Shown here in pieces: positions 12,688 through 25,269 of a stretch of DNA of 64,000 nt; the first letter of the stretch is position 1; each line of letters starts with the position of its first letter. Position numbers and translations under genes: made by a program. The notes under the pieces were generated by a model that was given only the letters and a program-made list of their open reading frames with translations, was not told the origin of the DNA and searched no databases. Source of the DNA: Octopus vulgaris. Taxonomy: Eukaryota. The stretch is from NCBI GenBank assembly GCA_951406725.2, contig OX597836.1, positions 5,766,001-5,830,000 of the forward strand, in the 5' to 3' direction.

Positions 12688-12805
12688 TGCGGCTGCGTGG
12701 TAAGAATCTTGGTTTAAAACCACATGTTTCCGGGTTCGGTCCCACTGCGTGGCACCTTGAGCAAGTGTCTTCTAATATAGTCTAGGGCCCACCAAAGCCT
12801 TCGTA
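12688..12805 (+). mobile_element. SINE family B head fragment
   Basis: ggctgcgtggtaag...gggttcggtcccactgcgtggcaccttgagcaagtgtcttct. Confidence 0.7.
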
Positions 12806-12809
12806 TATG

Positions 12810-12843
<34 letters not shown>

Positions 12844-13235
12844 AGATTTTTTTTTTTCATAACAGGGCAAATTAAGATATTTTATTCGTAGACTGAAAAA
12901 TAATTAAGAATAACCTTAATGGATTCTCGAATAGCACTGGATTCTCATCAGTAGGGTTGACATCAATTTGATCAATCGCAGGGAATCGAACAGCCAGTTT
13001 GTTTATATACTCAACAATTCCACTAGATCCAGAAAACTGGGGCCACTAATTTGCATATCATTGTTAAGACTTTACGTAATATCAGGGTCCTGTTAGCGAG
13101 GATCGTTGTCCACACAATATCAAAGACTGATATATATATATAAAATAGGAATAACTATATATATATATATATAACTATATATATATATAAAATAGGCATA
13201 TATATATATATATAACTATATATATATATAAAATA

Positions 13236-13462
13236 GGCGCAGGTGTGGCTGTGTGGTAAGTAGCTTGCTAACCAACCACATGGTTCTGGGTTTAGTCCCA
13301 CTGCGTGGCATCTTGGGCAAGTGTCTTCTGCTATAGCCCCGGGCCGACCAATGCCTTGTGAGTGGATTTGGTAGACCGAAACTGAAAGAAGCCTGTCGTA
13401 TATATGTATATATATATATATATGTATATGTGTGTGTTTGTGTGTCTGTGTTTGTCCCCCTA
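13236..13462 (+). mobile_element. 3'-truncated SINE family B
   Basis: ggcgcaggtgtggctgtgtggtaagtagcttgc...gtttgtccccctag. Stops at the start of the 3' module. Confidence 0.82.
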
Positions 13463-13578
13463 GTTAGCGAGGATCGTTGTCCACACAATATCAAAGACTG
13501 ATATATATGTAAAATAGGCATAACTGATTTATAAAGAGGACTGATTCAGCTAAAACTTAGATAACTTAGTTATGTTTC

Positions 13579-13810
13579 GTATTTCTTTATTGCCCACACG
13601 GGGCTAAACACAGAGGGGACAAACAAGGACAGACAAACGGATTAAGTCGATTACATCGACCCCAGTGCGTAACTGGTACTTAATTTATCGACCCCGAAAG
13701 GATGAAAGGCAAAGTCGACCACGGCGGAATTTGAACCCAGAACGAAAAGGCGTACGAAATACCGCTAAGCATTTCGCCCGGCGTGCTAACGTTTCTGCCA
13801 GCTCGCCGCC
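13579..13810 (-). mobile_element. SINE family C, long-tail form
   Basis: Reverse complement reads ggcggcgagctggcagaaacgttagc...gggttcaaattccgcc...gcctttcatcctttcggggtcgataaattaagtaccag...gtgggcaataaagaaata. Confidence 0.85.
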
Positions 13811-13841
13811 AATTATTGACACAGGCCGTGTCTAACTTATT

Positions 13842-13898
<57 letters not shown>

Positions 13899-14459
13899 TT
13901 TCAGCTCACCTGCAGATACATTCACAGGCACTCTCACCCATTCACACATACACATTCGCATGTCCCATTCTTACATACAAACACGGGCTTGCAAACCCCG
14001 GTTCTGTCAGGTCACCGTTATTATATCCCCACCACTCAGCCTCTTCTGGTCATTTCATCATGTTCAATCGTTAATCCCTAGACATTTTACTCCTCTCTCC
14101 GTCTTCTTCGTTCTCTTTCCTTTTTTCGCTCCCACCCTTTTCGGTCGAAGAGCATAGGCTCGAAACGTCAAACACTTTCCCATTCTTTTCGAACGTCAAA
14201 CTAATACACCTGCTTGTTGTTCCCCCACCTGTTTTCGTCTCTTATTGATGCACCTGAAAAGACCCAGAACGGATCGAAACATTTGTTGTACCCAATAAAA
14301 CCTATTACACATTCCATCTCCTATTTTATTAATACGGTTACCTCAATCGCCACTACGAAGTTCCTGCAATAAATCGACCGATAACAACGGGTAGTGGAAA
14401 CTGTACCGGTGCTCTACTCATCACCTATTTAAACATTTTGTCCAAATTCCACATTATAT

Positions 14460-14460
14460 G

Positions 14461-14529
<69 letters not shown>

Positions 14530-14646
14530 GTATGTAAGTATGTATGTATATATGTATTAGTTTATGAATGCATATATATATGTGTGTGTATGTATGTATG
14601 TATGTATGTATGTATGCATGTATATATGTATTAGTGTATGAATGCA

Positions 14647-14682
<36 letters not shown>

Positions 14683-14782
14683 TGTATGTATGCATGTATA
14701 TATGTATTAGTGTATGAATGCATATATGTATGTATGTATGTATGTACGTATGAATGCATATATATATGTGTATGTATGTATG

Positions 14783-14813
<31 letters not shown>

Positions 14814-15070
14814 GTATGTATGTATGTATGTATGCATGTATATATGTATTATTGTATGAATGCATGTATATATATATGTATGTATATATGTATGTGTGTA
14901 TGTATGTATGTATGTATGCATGTATATATGTATTAGTGTATGAATGCATATATATATATATGTATGTATGCATGTATATATGTATTAGTGTATGAATGCA
15001 TATATATGTATGTATGTGTGTATGTGTATGTATGTATGTATCTATGTATGTATGCATATATGTATGCATG
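14460..15070 (+). repeat. Compound (TA)n/(TATG)n array with a higher-order unit
   Basis: The interruption tatatatgtattagtgtatgaatgcat recurs about six times. Confidence 0.88.
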
Positions 15071-16196
15071 CATTTGATTTTTCTCTGAGACTAGTTTAAG
15101 ATTAAAGGGACTGCCTGGTATTTTGAAACATGTGGTTGAGTTGGTGTGTTGGTTTGAGCTGTCGATGCATACACCCAAGTGTACGAATTTATTGAAATAT
15201 GAAATAAAAAATGTAAATCTATTCAAATAACTGAATTTTTGGAATGTCTTACAAATCTTCAAATCGTTACCTTTCCAAACAATTAGTAGTAAAGAAAAAA
15301 GTAAATGATGTCAAAAATGCACAGAGAGTATACGATTTATTTAAATTTTGAAATAAACGTATATCTATACTCACCGGTTTCACATTTGATTTTCAAATGT
15401 GTGAAGCTCTGTCGCTAACTGTCTTTCCAGGCCGTTTTTCTAAATATTGTTTTTCTATAGAAAGGATGTAGCTCAGAACGCTATCACTTAAACTACAGAT
15501 TGAGTGGTGGAGGAGGGTTACATAGTTAGGTAAGGGAATTTTTAGTTAGTTTACCACCACATTCATGAGTTAAGGTCATGTGAGAGCTGCGGGGTAAGAT
15601 CTAATGATCCTGTGATATGACAGTTAGAACAATATGTACGATGATCTCGATTGTGTCTTTGTGTTAGATTCAACACAAAATAACAAAGAGCACCTCCACC
15701 ACACATATACAGATAAGGATATGTAAAGGGGACTTAGAGAAAATGAAAGGAATATAACTGAAAGAGATCTGAATCACTTTAATCAACTGAGACCTTCATA
15801 TAAACCCGGATAGCATTCATATTAAATATCTCGCATCGTATCTTACTGATGTTCAAATGTAGTTTGTATTTTTTAATAAACGGTATTGCGGCGCGTTGCC
15901 AGAAGTTATGAGTGGAGATCGTTTACTCATTCGACTACTACCGCAATCGTAATCCTCATACATTCAGAATTCCATCTTGGTTTTACTAAGTATGTGTCCA
16001 TATATACTTTTTATTAATTCTTTATGTTGAGCTGAGGCTATTGGTGTTCCTAACGACATGAAAGTTTCAAGACCCTTACGAAGACAGGATAACTAGTAAA
16101 CTTGTTGATAATACGAAGCTGCAAACCTGCACCTCAGAAAAACACTTTAAGCAACCAATATTAATTTATAAATTGCAATGTATAAACATAAAAATC

Positions 16197-16450
16197 TAAG
16201 CGGCGAGCAGGTAACAAAGCATTTCCTCTGTCTTAATGTTCTGTGTCCAAATTCCACCGAGGTCGATCTTGCATGTCATCTCTGCCGGTGTCAGAAAATT
16301 AAGTACCATTTGAGCATTGAGGTCGAGTAATCGACTTAGACCCTTCTTGCTGTACTCGTACCTAAATTTGAAACTAATCTTAAAGCAGACGGCTGACAGA
16401 ATCATTAGCACGCCGGACTAGGTGCTCAGCGACATATCTCCCGAAGTTTC
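16197..16450. mobile_element. Degenerate SINE family C pieces
   Basis: aaggcggcgagc-like start, aaattccaccgaggtcga, and aaattaagtacca...ggtcga. Confidence 0.6.
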
Positions 16451-17151
16451 TGATGTTGAGCCAAAATTTCGAACTAATGTATAAGCATTAAAATCTGTGA
16501 GCAATTTTACTCAGATTTCATCAAGACACACAAAAGCGATATTTTCTCTTCGCTTGGCCAAGCATTTACAAGAGAAAACAATTACAGCTCATTATAATAT
16601 ACGGCACTAAAGAAAACTAAATCGAAAAATACAATTTTTTATCATTGCAACCTTCTATAGAATTTCGCAAACAAAAACATACAAATTAGCTCTGGAAGTT
16701 TTATGAATATAAAATAAATCACAAAATCAATAGAGTTACTGTGCGCAAGAAATTACGTGGAATAAATTATTTAAAAAAAAAAGATTTAACCTGGAGTTCA
16801 CCACTAAACAATCTATAACTCTGGCGATGATTATTTTATGATTCACAGTGGGGTTACTATGATCATTTACTGCCTCAAACGAAACGCAGTAACGCACTTA
16901 CTATAATCACTTTCTTTAGAAAAGGAGCCAAGAATGCATTAAATAGGTAATGGACAAAAATGTTAATGTTTCTAATTAAGCGTAAAGGACTACTAAGGAA
17001 GCATAAAGGGTCCTTAATGGAAATATTAAAATCGAAAGTTGTCAGAACTAAATGCCGTGAAAAAATTAGAAAAGGAAGAATGAAATTATTCTAGTTATGA
17101 AGAATATTCTGTTGTTGGTGGCCTACATCCTTGCTCTATACATTCATGAAT

Positions 17152-17184
<33 letters not shown>

Positions 17185-17599
17185 CATACACACCCAACAA
17201 TAGTGTATACGTGTGTGTATATCTGTGCGTGTGTGTGTGAGTGTGTGTGCGTATATATATGCGTGCGTATGTATTTACGCACACACATATATGTATGTAC
17301 GTGTATATACACATAAATACACACAAACACACTAAAAAAACAAGAAACACACATACATATTCACACACACACGCATACTCACGTAACACCTCGGGGAGAG
17401 AAACACTAGAATAATAACAGTAGCACTAGTAATAAGAACAACAACAGCAACAACAATCGCAGCAGCAGCAGCAGCAGCAGCTGTACTTATTGCAAAGTGC
17501 CGAGTGCACACCGGTGCACACGAGACGTGCATGTCTGCACAATGTGCGCTTACGTCTTCACAAATGTATTTTATTACGAGAATTGCTACACTGTAATTA

Positions 17600-17629
17600 T
17601 AGCTGCTGCTGCTGTATTAGCTGCTGCTG

Positions 17630-17684
<55 letters not shown>

Positions 17685-17714
17685 AGCTGCTGCTGCTACT
17701 ACTACTACTACTAT

Positions 17715-17757
<43 letters not shown>

Positions 17758-17791
17758 GCTGCTGTATTAGCTGCTGCTGCTACTACTACTA

Positions 17792-17844
<53 letters not shown>

Positions 17845-17854
17845 ACTACTACTA

Positions 17855-17889
<35 letters not shown>

Positions 17890-18058
17890 ACTACTACTAC
17901 TACTACTTCTACTGCTGCTGCTGCTCAACTGCTGCATCATTGCTACCACCATGAATGTTGCTGCTACAACTGTTGTCGTTGCTGCTGCTGTTACTACTAC
18001 TACTACTACTACTATCTACTACACTACCACCACTACTACTACTACTACTACTTACTAC
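17600..18058 (+). repeat. (CTA)n/(CTG)n trinucleotide array
   Basis: Read directly from the sequence. Confidence 0.93.
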
Positions 18059-18154
18059 CAATCCTATCAGTATTTTAATCGTCCTTTTTCCATTGCCTTT
18101 GATCCATATACAGGTAGAGACTGAAAGGTAGACGGCAGAGACACATATGGACAG

Positions 18155-18470
18155 AAGCGTAGCCTAGTGGTTAGGGCATTACTCTCATGAACGCAAGATT
18201 AAGGTTTCGATTCCTGCGCGAGCGGCACTTTGAGTTCTTGAGCCTAAACACTGACGTCCCGTTCAAGGGGTAATGCTGAACGTCAGTCACTTTTGTGCCA
18301 TTGAAACTGGTCAACATATTATATGAGCCCAAGGAGGGGATTCTAACCAAATGGTTCCGAGTTCAGTCTCACTGTGTGGCCTCTCTGGCAAGTGTCTTCT
18401 AATGTCTGGGACCAACCAAAGCATTTTCAGTGGATTTGGTAGACGGAAACTAAAAGAAGACTGTCGGGTA
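18155..18470 (+). mobile_element. Degenerate SINE head plus a family B fragment
   Basis: tagcctagtggttaggg...ggtttcgattcc. 18350-18470 matches the family B body. Confidence 0.6.
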
Positions 18471-18659
18471 CGCAGAGTAGATAAAACAGGGGACAACTGA
18501 CGAAGGGGAATATTCTTTATGTTGCATGTCTCGTTTCTTTCTTTGTTTTTTTCGTTGTTCGAAAAAAAGGTCGTTTCTATGTTTTTGTTTTCATGTTTTC
18601 GTTTCTCATTGTGCTCAACGTCTTTTTTATGTCCTATACTCATATATGCATGTATATAA

Positions 18660-18726
<67 letters not shown>

Positions 18727-18996
18727 TATGTACATATATGTATGTATATATGCATATATTTATATATTATTTATATTATGCGTATATCTCTCTCTTTCTC
18801 TTTATATATATATATATATATATATATACAGACATATATATATATGTCTGTATATATATGTATATGCATATATATACATACACATATATATATATGTATG
18901 TATATATATGTGCAGATATATATATATATGCATATCTATATATATATGTGCAGATATATATATATATGCATATCTACATATATATGTATATATATA

Positions 18997-19150
18997 TAAT
19001 AATAAATATTAGGGAATAAATCCAAATTTACAGGGAAAAATCAGATTTAGGACTGAATCCAATTTTATAGTAAAATATTATATAATATTAATTAGAGACA
19101 AAACCACTATTATGCAAATCAAACAAAGAAAGACTTAATCCAATACATAA
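18997..19150 (+). repeat. AT-rich dispersed repeat adjoining (TA)n; reverse-complement pieces at 36903-37006 and 48045-48115
   Basis: taataataaatattagggaat.aatccaaa.ttacagggaaaaatcagatttagg... is shared with 36903-37006. attagagacaaaaccactatta.gcaaatcaaacaa is shared with 48045-48115. Confidence 0.75.
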
Positions 19151-19196
19151 AAAATTTTATATAAATTAAATAAAATTAAATAAAATTAAATAAAAT

Positions 19197-19335
<139 letters not shown>

Positions 19336-19392
19336 CCAAACCCATCTATCTGCATTTGTAAATTTTAAAACATAACTATCATCACTACTTCA

Positions 19393-19437
19393 TGAACCTG
19401 AAGATTGCATAGTTTAATACATGAAAGTACTAGTTCA
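19393..19437 (+). ncRNA. Minimal type-I hammerhead-ribozyme-like motif
   Basis: tgaac-CTGAAGA-ttgcatagtttaatacat-GAAA-gtac-TA-gttca. Perfect 5-bp helix I, intact core, palindromic helix III (AGTACT), weak helix II. Confidence 0.55.
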
Positions 19438-19554
19438 ATCAGAATGGACATTTGATATTCTATCATTTTATTATATTATCTTATATTACTATAAAAGTGT
19501 AAATAATACGTGAAAATCAAAGTTGGAATGTTTTTAGTAATATATGAGCGTGTG

Positions 19555-19625
<71 letters not shown>

Positions 19626-19662
19626 ATATATGTGCGTGTGTATATATATATAATATATGTGC

Positions 19663-19711
<49 letters not shown>

Positions 19712-20094
19712 AATCTATATATATACATATATATATATATGTACATATATATATATATATGTAAGTATGTATATATATTACGAAGAATTTTCAGAAGCCA
19801 AATATCCTCGCAGCACTACGATAAACATTACCAGTTCGCGGGAAAAATCTAAGGCCAGGGAGGTGTCGCAGAGGGACATGATAGTACGGCAAGCATTTGT
19901 TAGATGTCCATGTACTTGTGGAGTTGTGTTGGACAGATATCTTTGACTGTATAACGGATGTGGATATCGGTTGAGTCTATTAAGAAGATCGTTCCATTGG
20001 TTGAGCTTGTTAAAGATCGCTCCGTCGCTTTTCTTTTGATAGTAATCCGCCGATTAAAGAAGGACGTTAGGACCCATCTCGTATGGTGCTTAAT

Positions 20095-20358
20095 CCATCG
20101 GTTACAACGACGAGGGTTCCAGTTCATCCGATCAACAGAACAGCCTACTCGCGAAATTAACGTGCAAGTGGCTGAGCCCTCCACAGACACACGTGTTCTT
20201 AACGTAGTTCTCAGAACAACACAGTATGAGACAATGCCGGCCGAGTGGACTGGAGCAACGTGAAATAAAGCATCTTGCTTAAGGACACTACGCGCTGCCT
20301 GGAATCGAACTCACAATCATATGATCGCGAAGCGAACGCCCTATCCACTACGCCATAC
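20095..20358 (-). mobile_element. Chimeric SINE: a different tRNA head joined to the family A type-1 tail
   Basis: 20095-20215 is the reverse complement of the family A tail. 20250-20358 is the reverse complement of a head with gagttcgattcc followed by gtgtccttaagcaagatgcttta. Confidence 0.65.
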
Positions 20359-20680
20359 ACTTTCACTCGTCGGCGGCGGTGGCTGAAGAGGCTGAGTGGT
20401 TTACGGGGCCAAAAGGCTTCTTCCTCAATGAAGCCTTTTTTTGACATCTTCAGGTTCCATATGAAGAAAGAAACTGAGATGGGGGCGGGTAAGAGAATTT
20501 GCTGTGTGGTGGTGGTGGTGCTGGTGGTGGTGGTGCGGATTGCCATTGTTATTTAGCCCCATGTCACATGCTGTGAATGAAAACACCTTTGACCTTCAGG
20601 TTTTACCAGCTGAGTGGACTGGACCAACCTGAAATGGACTGGAGCAACTGAGGGGAATTCACTTAAAATAAATGAAACTG

Positions 20681-20995
20681 TGGAGGCGCAATGGCCAAGT
20701 GGTTACGGCAGCGGACTCGCGGTCGGAGCATCGCGGTTTCGATTCCCAGACCGAGCGTTGCGTGTGTTTATTGAGCGAAAACACCTAAAGCTCTGCGATA
20801 CTCTGGCTGGCAGGGAGTGGTGGCGACCCCTGTTGTACTCTTTCGCCCCAACTTTCTCTCACTTTTTCTTCCTGTTTCTTGAGTAACGCTGCGATGGACT
20901 GGCATCCCGTCCAGCTGGAGGGAACACATACGTCATAGAAACCGGGAAACCGGTCCCATGGGCCTGGCTAGGCTTGAAAAGGGGGCATAAATAAA
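20681..20995 (+). mobile_element. SINE family A head with alternative tail (type 2)
   Basis: ggaggcgcaatggccaagtggtt...gcgatggactggcatcccgtccagctgg...ggcttgaaaagggggcataaataaa. Confidence 0.82.
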
Positions 20996-21097
20996 TTTTT
21001 AAATGAAACAACCCTAAGCATGCGTCTGTACCTTCCCCTCACAGTCAGGGTACCCTTAGATCCCAGCAATTCCATGATTGGCCATAGTTGAAAGCTC

Positions 21098-21375
21098 TTG
21101 GCTCAGTAGTCAGAGTGTCGGGCTCATATTCATGAGGTAGTGAGTTCGATTCCCAGACCCAGCTCTGTGTGTTGTGTCCTTGAGCAAGACACTTTATTCC
21201 ACATTGCACCAGTTGTAGAAATGAGTTGTGACGTCACTGGTGTCAAGTTATATCGGTCTTTGCCTTCCTCTTGGATAACCGTGGGGTAGTGGGGAGAGGT
21301 GAGGCTGGCATGTAAGGGCAACTGCTGGTCTTCCACATGCTGCCTTGTCCTGGGTTGTGCCTGACCGAAGGGAAT
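21098..21375 (+). mobile_element. tRNA-derived SINE with a CORE-like segment
   Basis: tggctcagtagtc (A box), gagttcgattccc (B box), then gtgtccttgagcaagacacttta. Confidence 0.65.
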
Positions 21376-21401
21376 GTACTGTATTCAGATATTTTGTATC
21401 G

Positions 21402-21710
21402 TGGTACTCCATCGGTTACGACGACTGACTGTTCCATTTGACCGGATTCGATCTTGAAACTAACGTGCAAGTGGCTGAACACTCCACAGACACGTGTACC
21501 TTTAACGTGGTTCTCGAGGAGATTCGGCGTTACATGGCTGGCCCTTTGAAACAGGAAGAAATGTGAGAGAAAGATGTGGCGAAAGAGTACAGCAGAGTTC
21601 ACCACCGCCGGCGCATCGTGGAGTTTAGATGTTTTCGCTCAATACTCCAAACGCCCGATCTGGGAATCGAAACAGCGATCCAAGGACCGCGAGTCTGCTG
21701 CCCTAACCAT
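21402..21710 (-). mobile_element. Diverged SINE family A (tail type 1)
   Basis: Reverse complement aligns with 9729-10105, both head and tail. Confidence 0.75.
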
Positions 21711-22394
21711 ATCTACTAAATATTTCATTCCCCCAACTTCTCATGCGATTTTATATCAACCACGACATAATGCAACCTGCCTTATAATGTTTCCTCCACT
21801 CAACGACCCTCTGGCAAATAATTAACTGGTGTATATTTTTTGACATGGGGCTTTAGCTGCTATTTCTAAACATTCTTCACTTTGGTTGCCTGTTAGATGA
21901 CCTATGGATATTTTTTGTGCGTGTGTTCATGTATGTGAGTGTTCGTGTGTGCATGTGTGCGTGTGGTGGTGGGGGTGGTGGTGGGTGTGGTGGGGTTTCA
22001 TTGTTAGTTAGCCCCATGTTAGCTGCTGAGTATGAAAACATCTTTTATCAAAGTTGATCCAACCATGACCACCCATTTGAATTATTTTACTTTAAGGTAT
22101 TTTACTGTAACATTGATCATTTCTATTCTTTTTATTATTATTATTTAATAAAGAAGAATCGGGTGGGATTCTGGCTGCTATTTCTAGCAAGTCTAATGAT
22201 TGCGAAGACTCTTTTTAGTACCATTGCTCTTGCTAATAATGCTGCTGCTGTTGTTCATATTCTTGTTGTTCTTGCAGTTAACGCTCTTTTTGTTATTATC
22301 ATTATTATAATTATGGCTATTATCATTATCATTATTATAACTGACCTCTCTCCTGAAAATCCTATGGCCCAGTGGAAAAATTTCAAACTATTAA

Positions 22395-23405
22395 CGCGGT
22401 AAACTGACCGAATCTGCAGCACGGTGGTCATTTCGTCCGGTTTTATTTTATGAGTTCAATTTCCGCCGAAGCCGCTTTTGACTTTCATCCTTTCAGGGTC
22501 GATGAAATAAGTACCAGTTGAGCACTGGGGTCGATGTAGTCGACTAGCCCTACAAAAGCTTCCTACAAAAACATCGGGTTTTGTACCTACGGATGAAACG
22601 TGTATTTATATAACCTCTTAAGGTGCCGAGCTGGCACACGCCGAAGAAAACACGTCGTGGCATTTCATCCGGATTTACATTCTGAGTTCAAATTCCGTTG
22701 AGGTCTATTTAGCATTTCACCCCTTTAGGGGCCGATAAAATGGGTATCAGTAGAAACGATTTAGCCTATACCCCCCACTCATTATTTCAGGCGTGTTGGC
22801 AGAAACGTTAGCATCCGGGACAAAATGCTTAGCAGCATTCCGTCCGTCCTTACTTTCTGAGTTCAAATTCCGCCGAGGTCGACTTTGCCTTTCATCCTTT
22901 CAGGGTCGATAAATTAAGTACTAGTTACACACTGGAATCGATGTAATCGACTTAATCCGTTTGTCTGTCCTTCTGTGTCCCCTCTATGCTTAGCCCCTTG
23001 TGGGTAATAAAGAAATAAGAAACGTTAGCACCCGGGGCAAAATGCTTAGCAGCATTTCGTCCGTCCTTACTTTCTGAGTTCAAATTCCGCTGAGGTCAAC
23101 CTTGCCTTTCAAATTTTCGGCCGAACATTGGGGTCGATGTAATCGGCTATTCTCCTCCCCCAAATCCCAGGCTTTGTGGCGATAGTAAAAATAGATACGT
23201 TTTTGGAACTGCCAAGGAGGCGAGTTATCAGAAACGTTAACACGCCGGCTTCCGGCATTGCACTCTGAGTTCCAATTCCACCCAGGTCGACTTCACCTTT
23301 CATTCTTTCGATAAAATAAAGAACCCGTTTAAAAATGGGGGTCGATATCATCGATCAATCACCTCCCCAAACATTTCAGGCATTGTACCTATAGTAGAAA
23401 CGATA
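22395..23405 (+). mobile_element. Head-to-tail cluster of about five SINE family C copies
   Basis: The motif gagttcaaattccgc-gaggtcgactt-gcctttcatcc recurs near 22452, 22684, 22859, 23076 and 23266. Confidence 0.82.
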
Positions 23406-23533
23406 ATTTATAAAACTCCATTTTTAACCCGAATCCAGTAGGGATTTACACAGACGTTCCAGACATGACCATCTACACCTGTTTTTTTTTTTTCCTCATT
23501 TTCATTTTTGGTCAGTTTTGACAGTGTACATAT

Positions 23534-23704
23534 GGTGTGGCTATGGCTATGTACTTAAGAAGTTCGATTCCCAATTACATAGTTCCGGGTTCAGTCCCAC
23601 TGCGTGGCACCTTGGACAAGTTTCTTCTACTATAGCGTCGGGCCGACCAGAGCCTTGTCAGTGGATTTGGTTGACGGAAACTGAAACAAACCTGTCATGT
23701 ATAT

Positions 23705-23754
<50 letters not shown>

Positions 23755-23755
23755 T

Positions 23756-23794
<39 letters not shown>

Positions 23795-23812
23795 TTGTGT
23801 GTGTGTGTGTGC

Positions 23813-23848
<36 letters not shown>

Positions 23849-23987
23849 TTGTGTGTGTGTGTGTGTATGTGTGTGTGTGTGTGTCTGTGTGTCTGTGTGC
23901 ACGTGCACGTGTCAGCGTCTTTTGGATTTGCGTTTGACCACTGCTTGAAAACCAGTGTTGGTTTGTTTACGTCCCGTGAAATGCAAA

Positions 23988-24053
<66 letters not shown>

Positions 24054-24287
24054 TTCTACTTGGTTCACTCATTGGAGTGTGGCCATCCTGGTGCACCGCC
24101 TTCAGTCGAAGTAATCGACCCCACGACTTATTCTTTGTAAGCCTAGTACTTATTCCATCGGTCCCTTTTGCTGAACTGCTATGTTGCGTGGATATATACA
24201 CACCAACATCGGTTGTCAAGCGATGGTGAGAGGACAAAACACACACACACACATACACACACACACACATATATATATATATAATAT

Positions 24288-24320
<33 letters not shown>

Positions 24321-24334
24321 AATAAGTGTGTATG

Positions 24335-24424
<90 letters not shown>

Positions 24425-24495
24425 TATATATATATATATATAATACATATATATATAGGGATACATACACACACAAACACACACTCGCATGTATG

Positions 24496-24528
<33 letters not shown>

Positions 24529-24886
24529 TTATGTGTATGTGACGTATGTGAAGCACTGTCTTTGTCACTGTTTCACAACCGGTGTTTGGTGGTTTACATC
24601 TCCTCAGTATAGCACTATGGGAAAAAGTGACTCATAGTATCAGTACCAAAATTTGATATATATATATATATACATGTCTGTCTTTTCCCCCACACCATCA
24701 CTTGACAACCGATGCTGGTGTGTTTACGTCCCCGTCAACTAGCGGTTCGGCAAAACGAGACTGATAGTATAAGTTCTAGGCTTACAAAGAATAAGTCCTG
24801 GAGTCGATTTATTCGACTAAAGGTGGTGCTCCAGCATGGCCGCAGTCAAATGACTGAGACAAGTAAAAGAGTAAAAGAGTATATAG

Positions 24887-24925
<39 letters not shown>

Positions 24926-24977
24926 CACAAACACAAGCACGCACGCCCACACACATGCACACACACACCAAAGCACG

Positions 24978-25018
<41 letters not shown>

Positions 25019-25060
25019 CTAGATACAAACATACATACATATGTGTTAGTCTGTGTGTAT

Positions 25061-25096
<36 letters not shown>

Positions 25097-25182
25097 ATTA
25101 CTGGGGTCGATTTGATCGACGATCACTTCCAATGGGTGCTCCAGCATGGCCGCAGTAGAATGACAGAAACGGGTAAAGAGAA
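23534..25182. mobile_element. Cluster of SINE family B pieces separated by microsatellites (23534-23980 +, 24052-24240 -, 24680-24880 +, 25098-25182 +)
   Basis: Each piece aligns to the head or the 3' module of 60397-60843. Confidence 0.72.
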
Positions 25183-25269
25183 GAAGGCAAAAAAAAATGT
25201 ATACAAGAATATAGAGAATTAAATAATTCAACATTATCCTTCCTGATTCAGTAATTGTTTGTTATTCAG

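Noticed and set aside
18480-18640. CTGACGA followed by a weak hairpin as another hammerhead
   Set aside because: No GAAA or helix III at the required position.
19780-20090. Unique-looking segment with ~100-aa ORFs
   Set aside because: No recognisable protein motif in the frames I read, and the ORFs run into SINE sequence.
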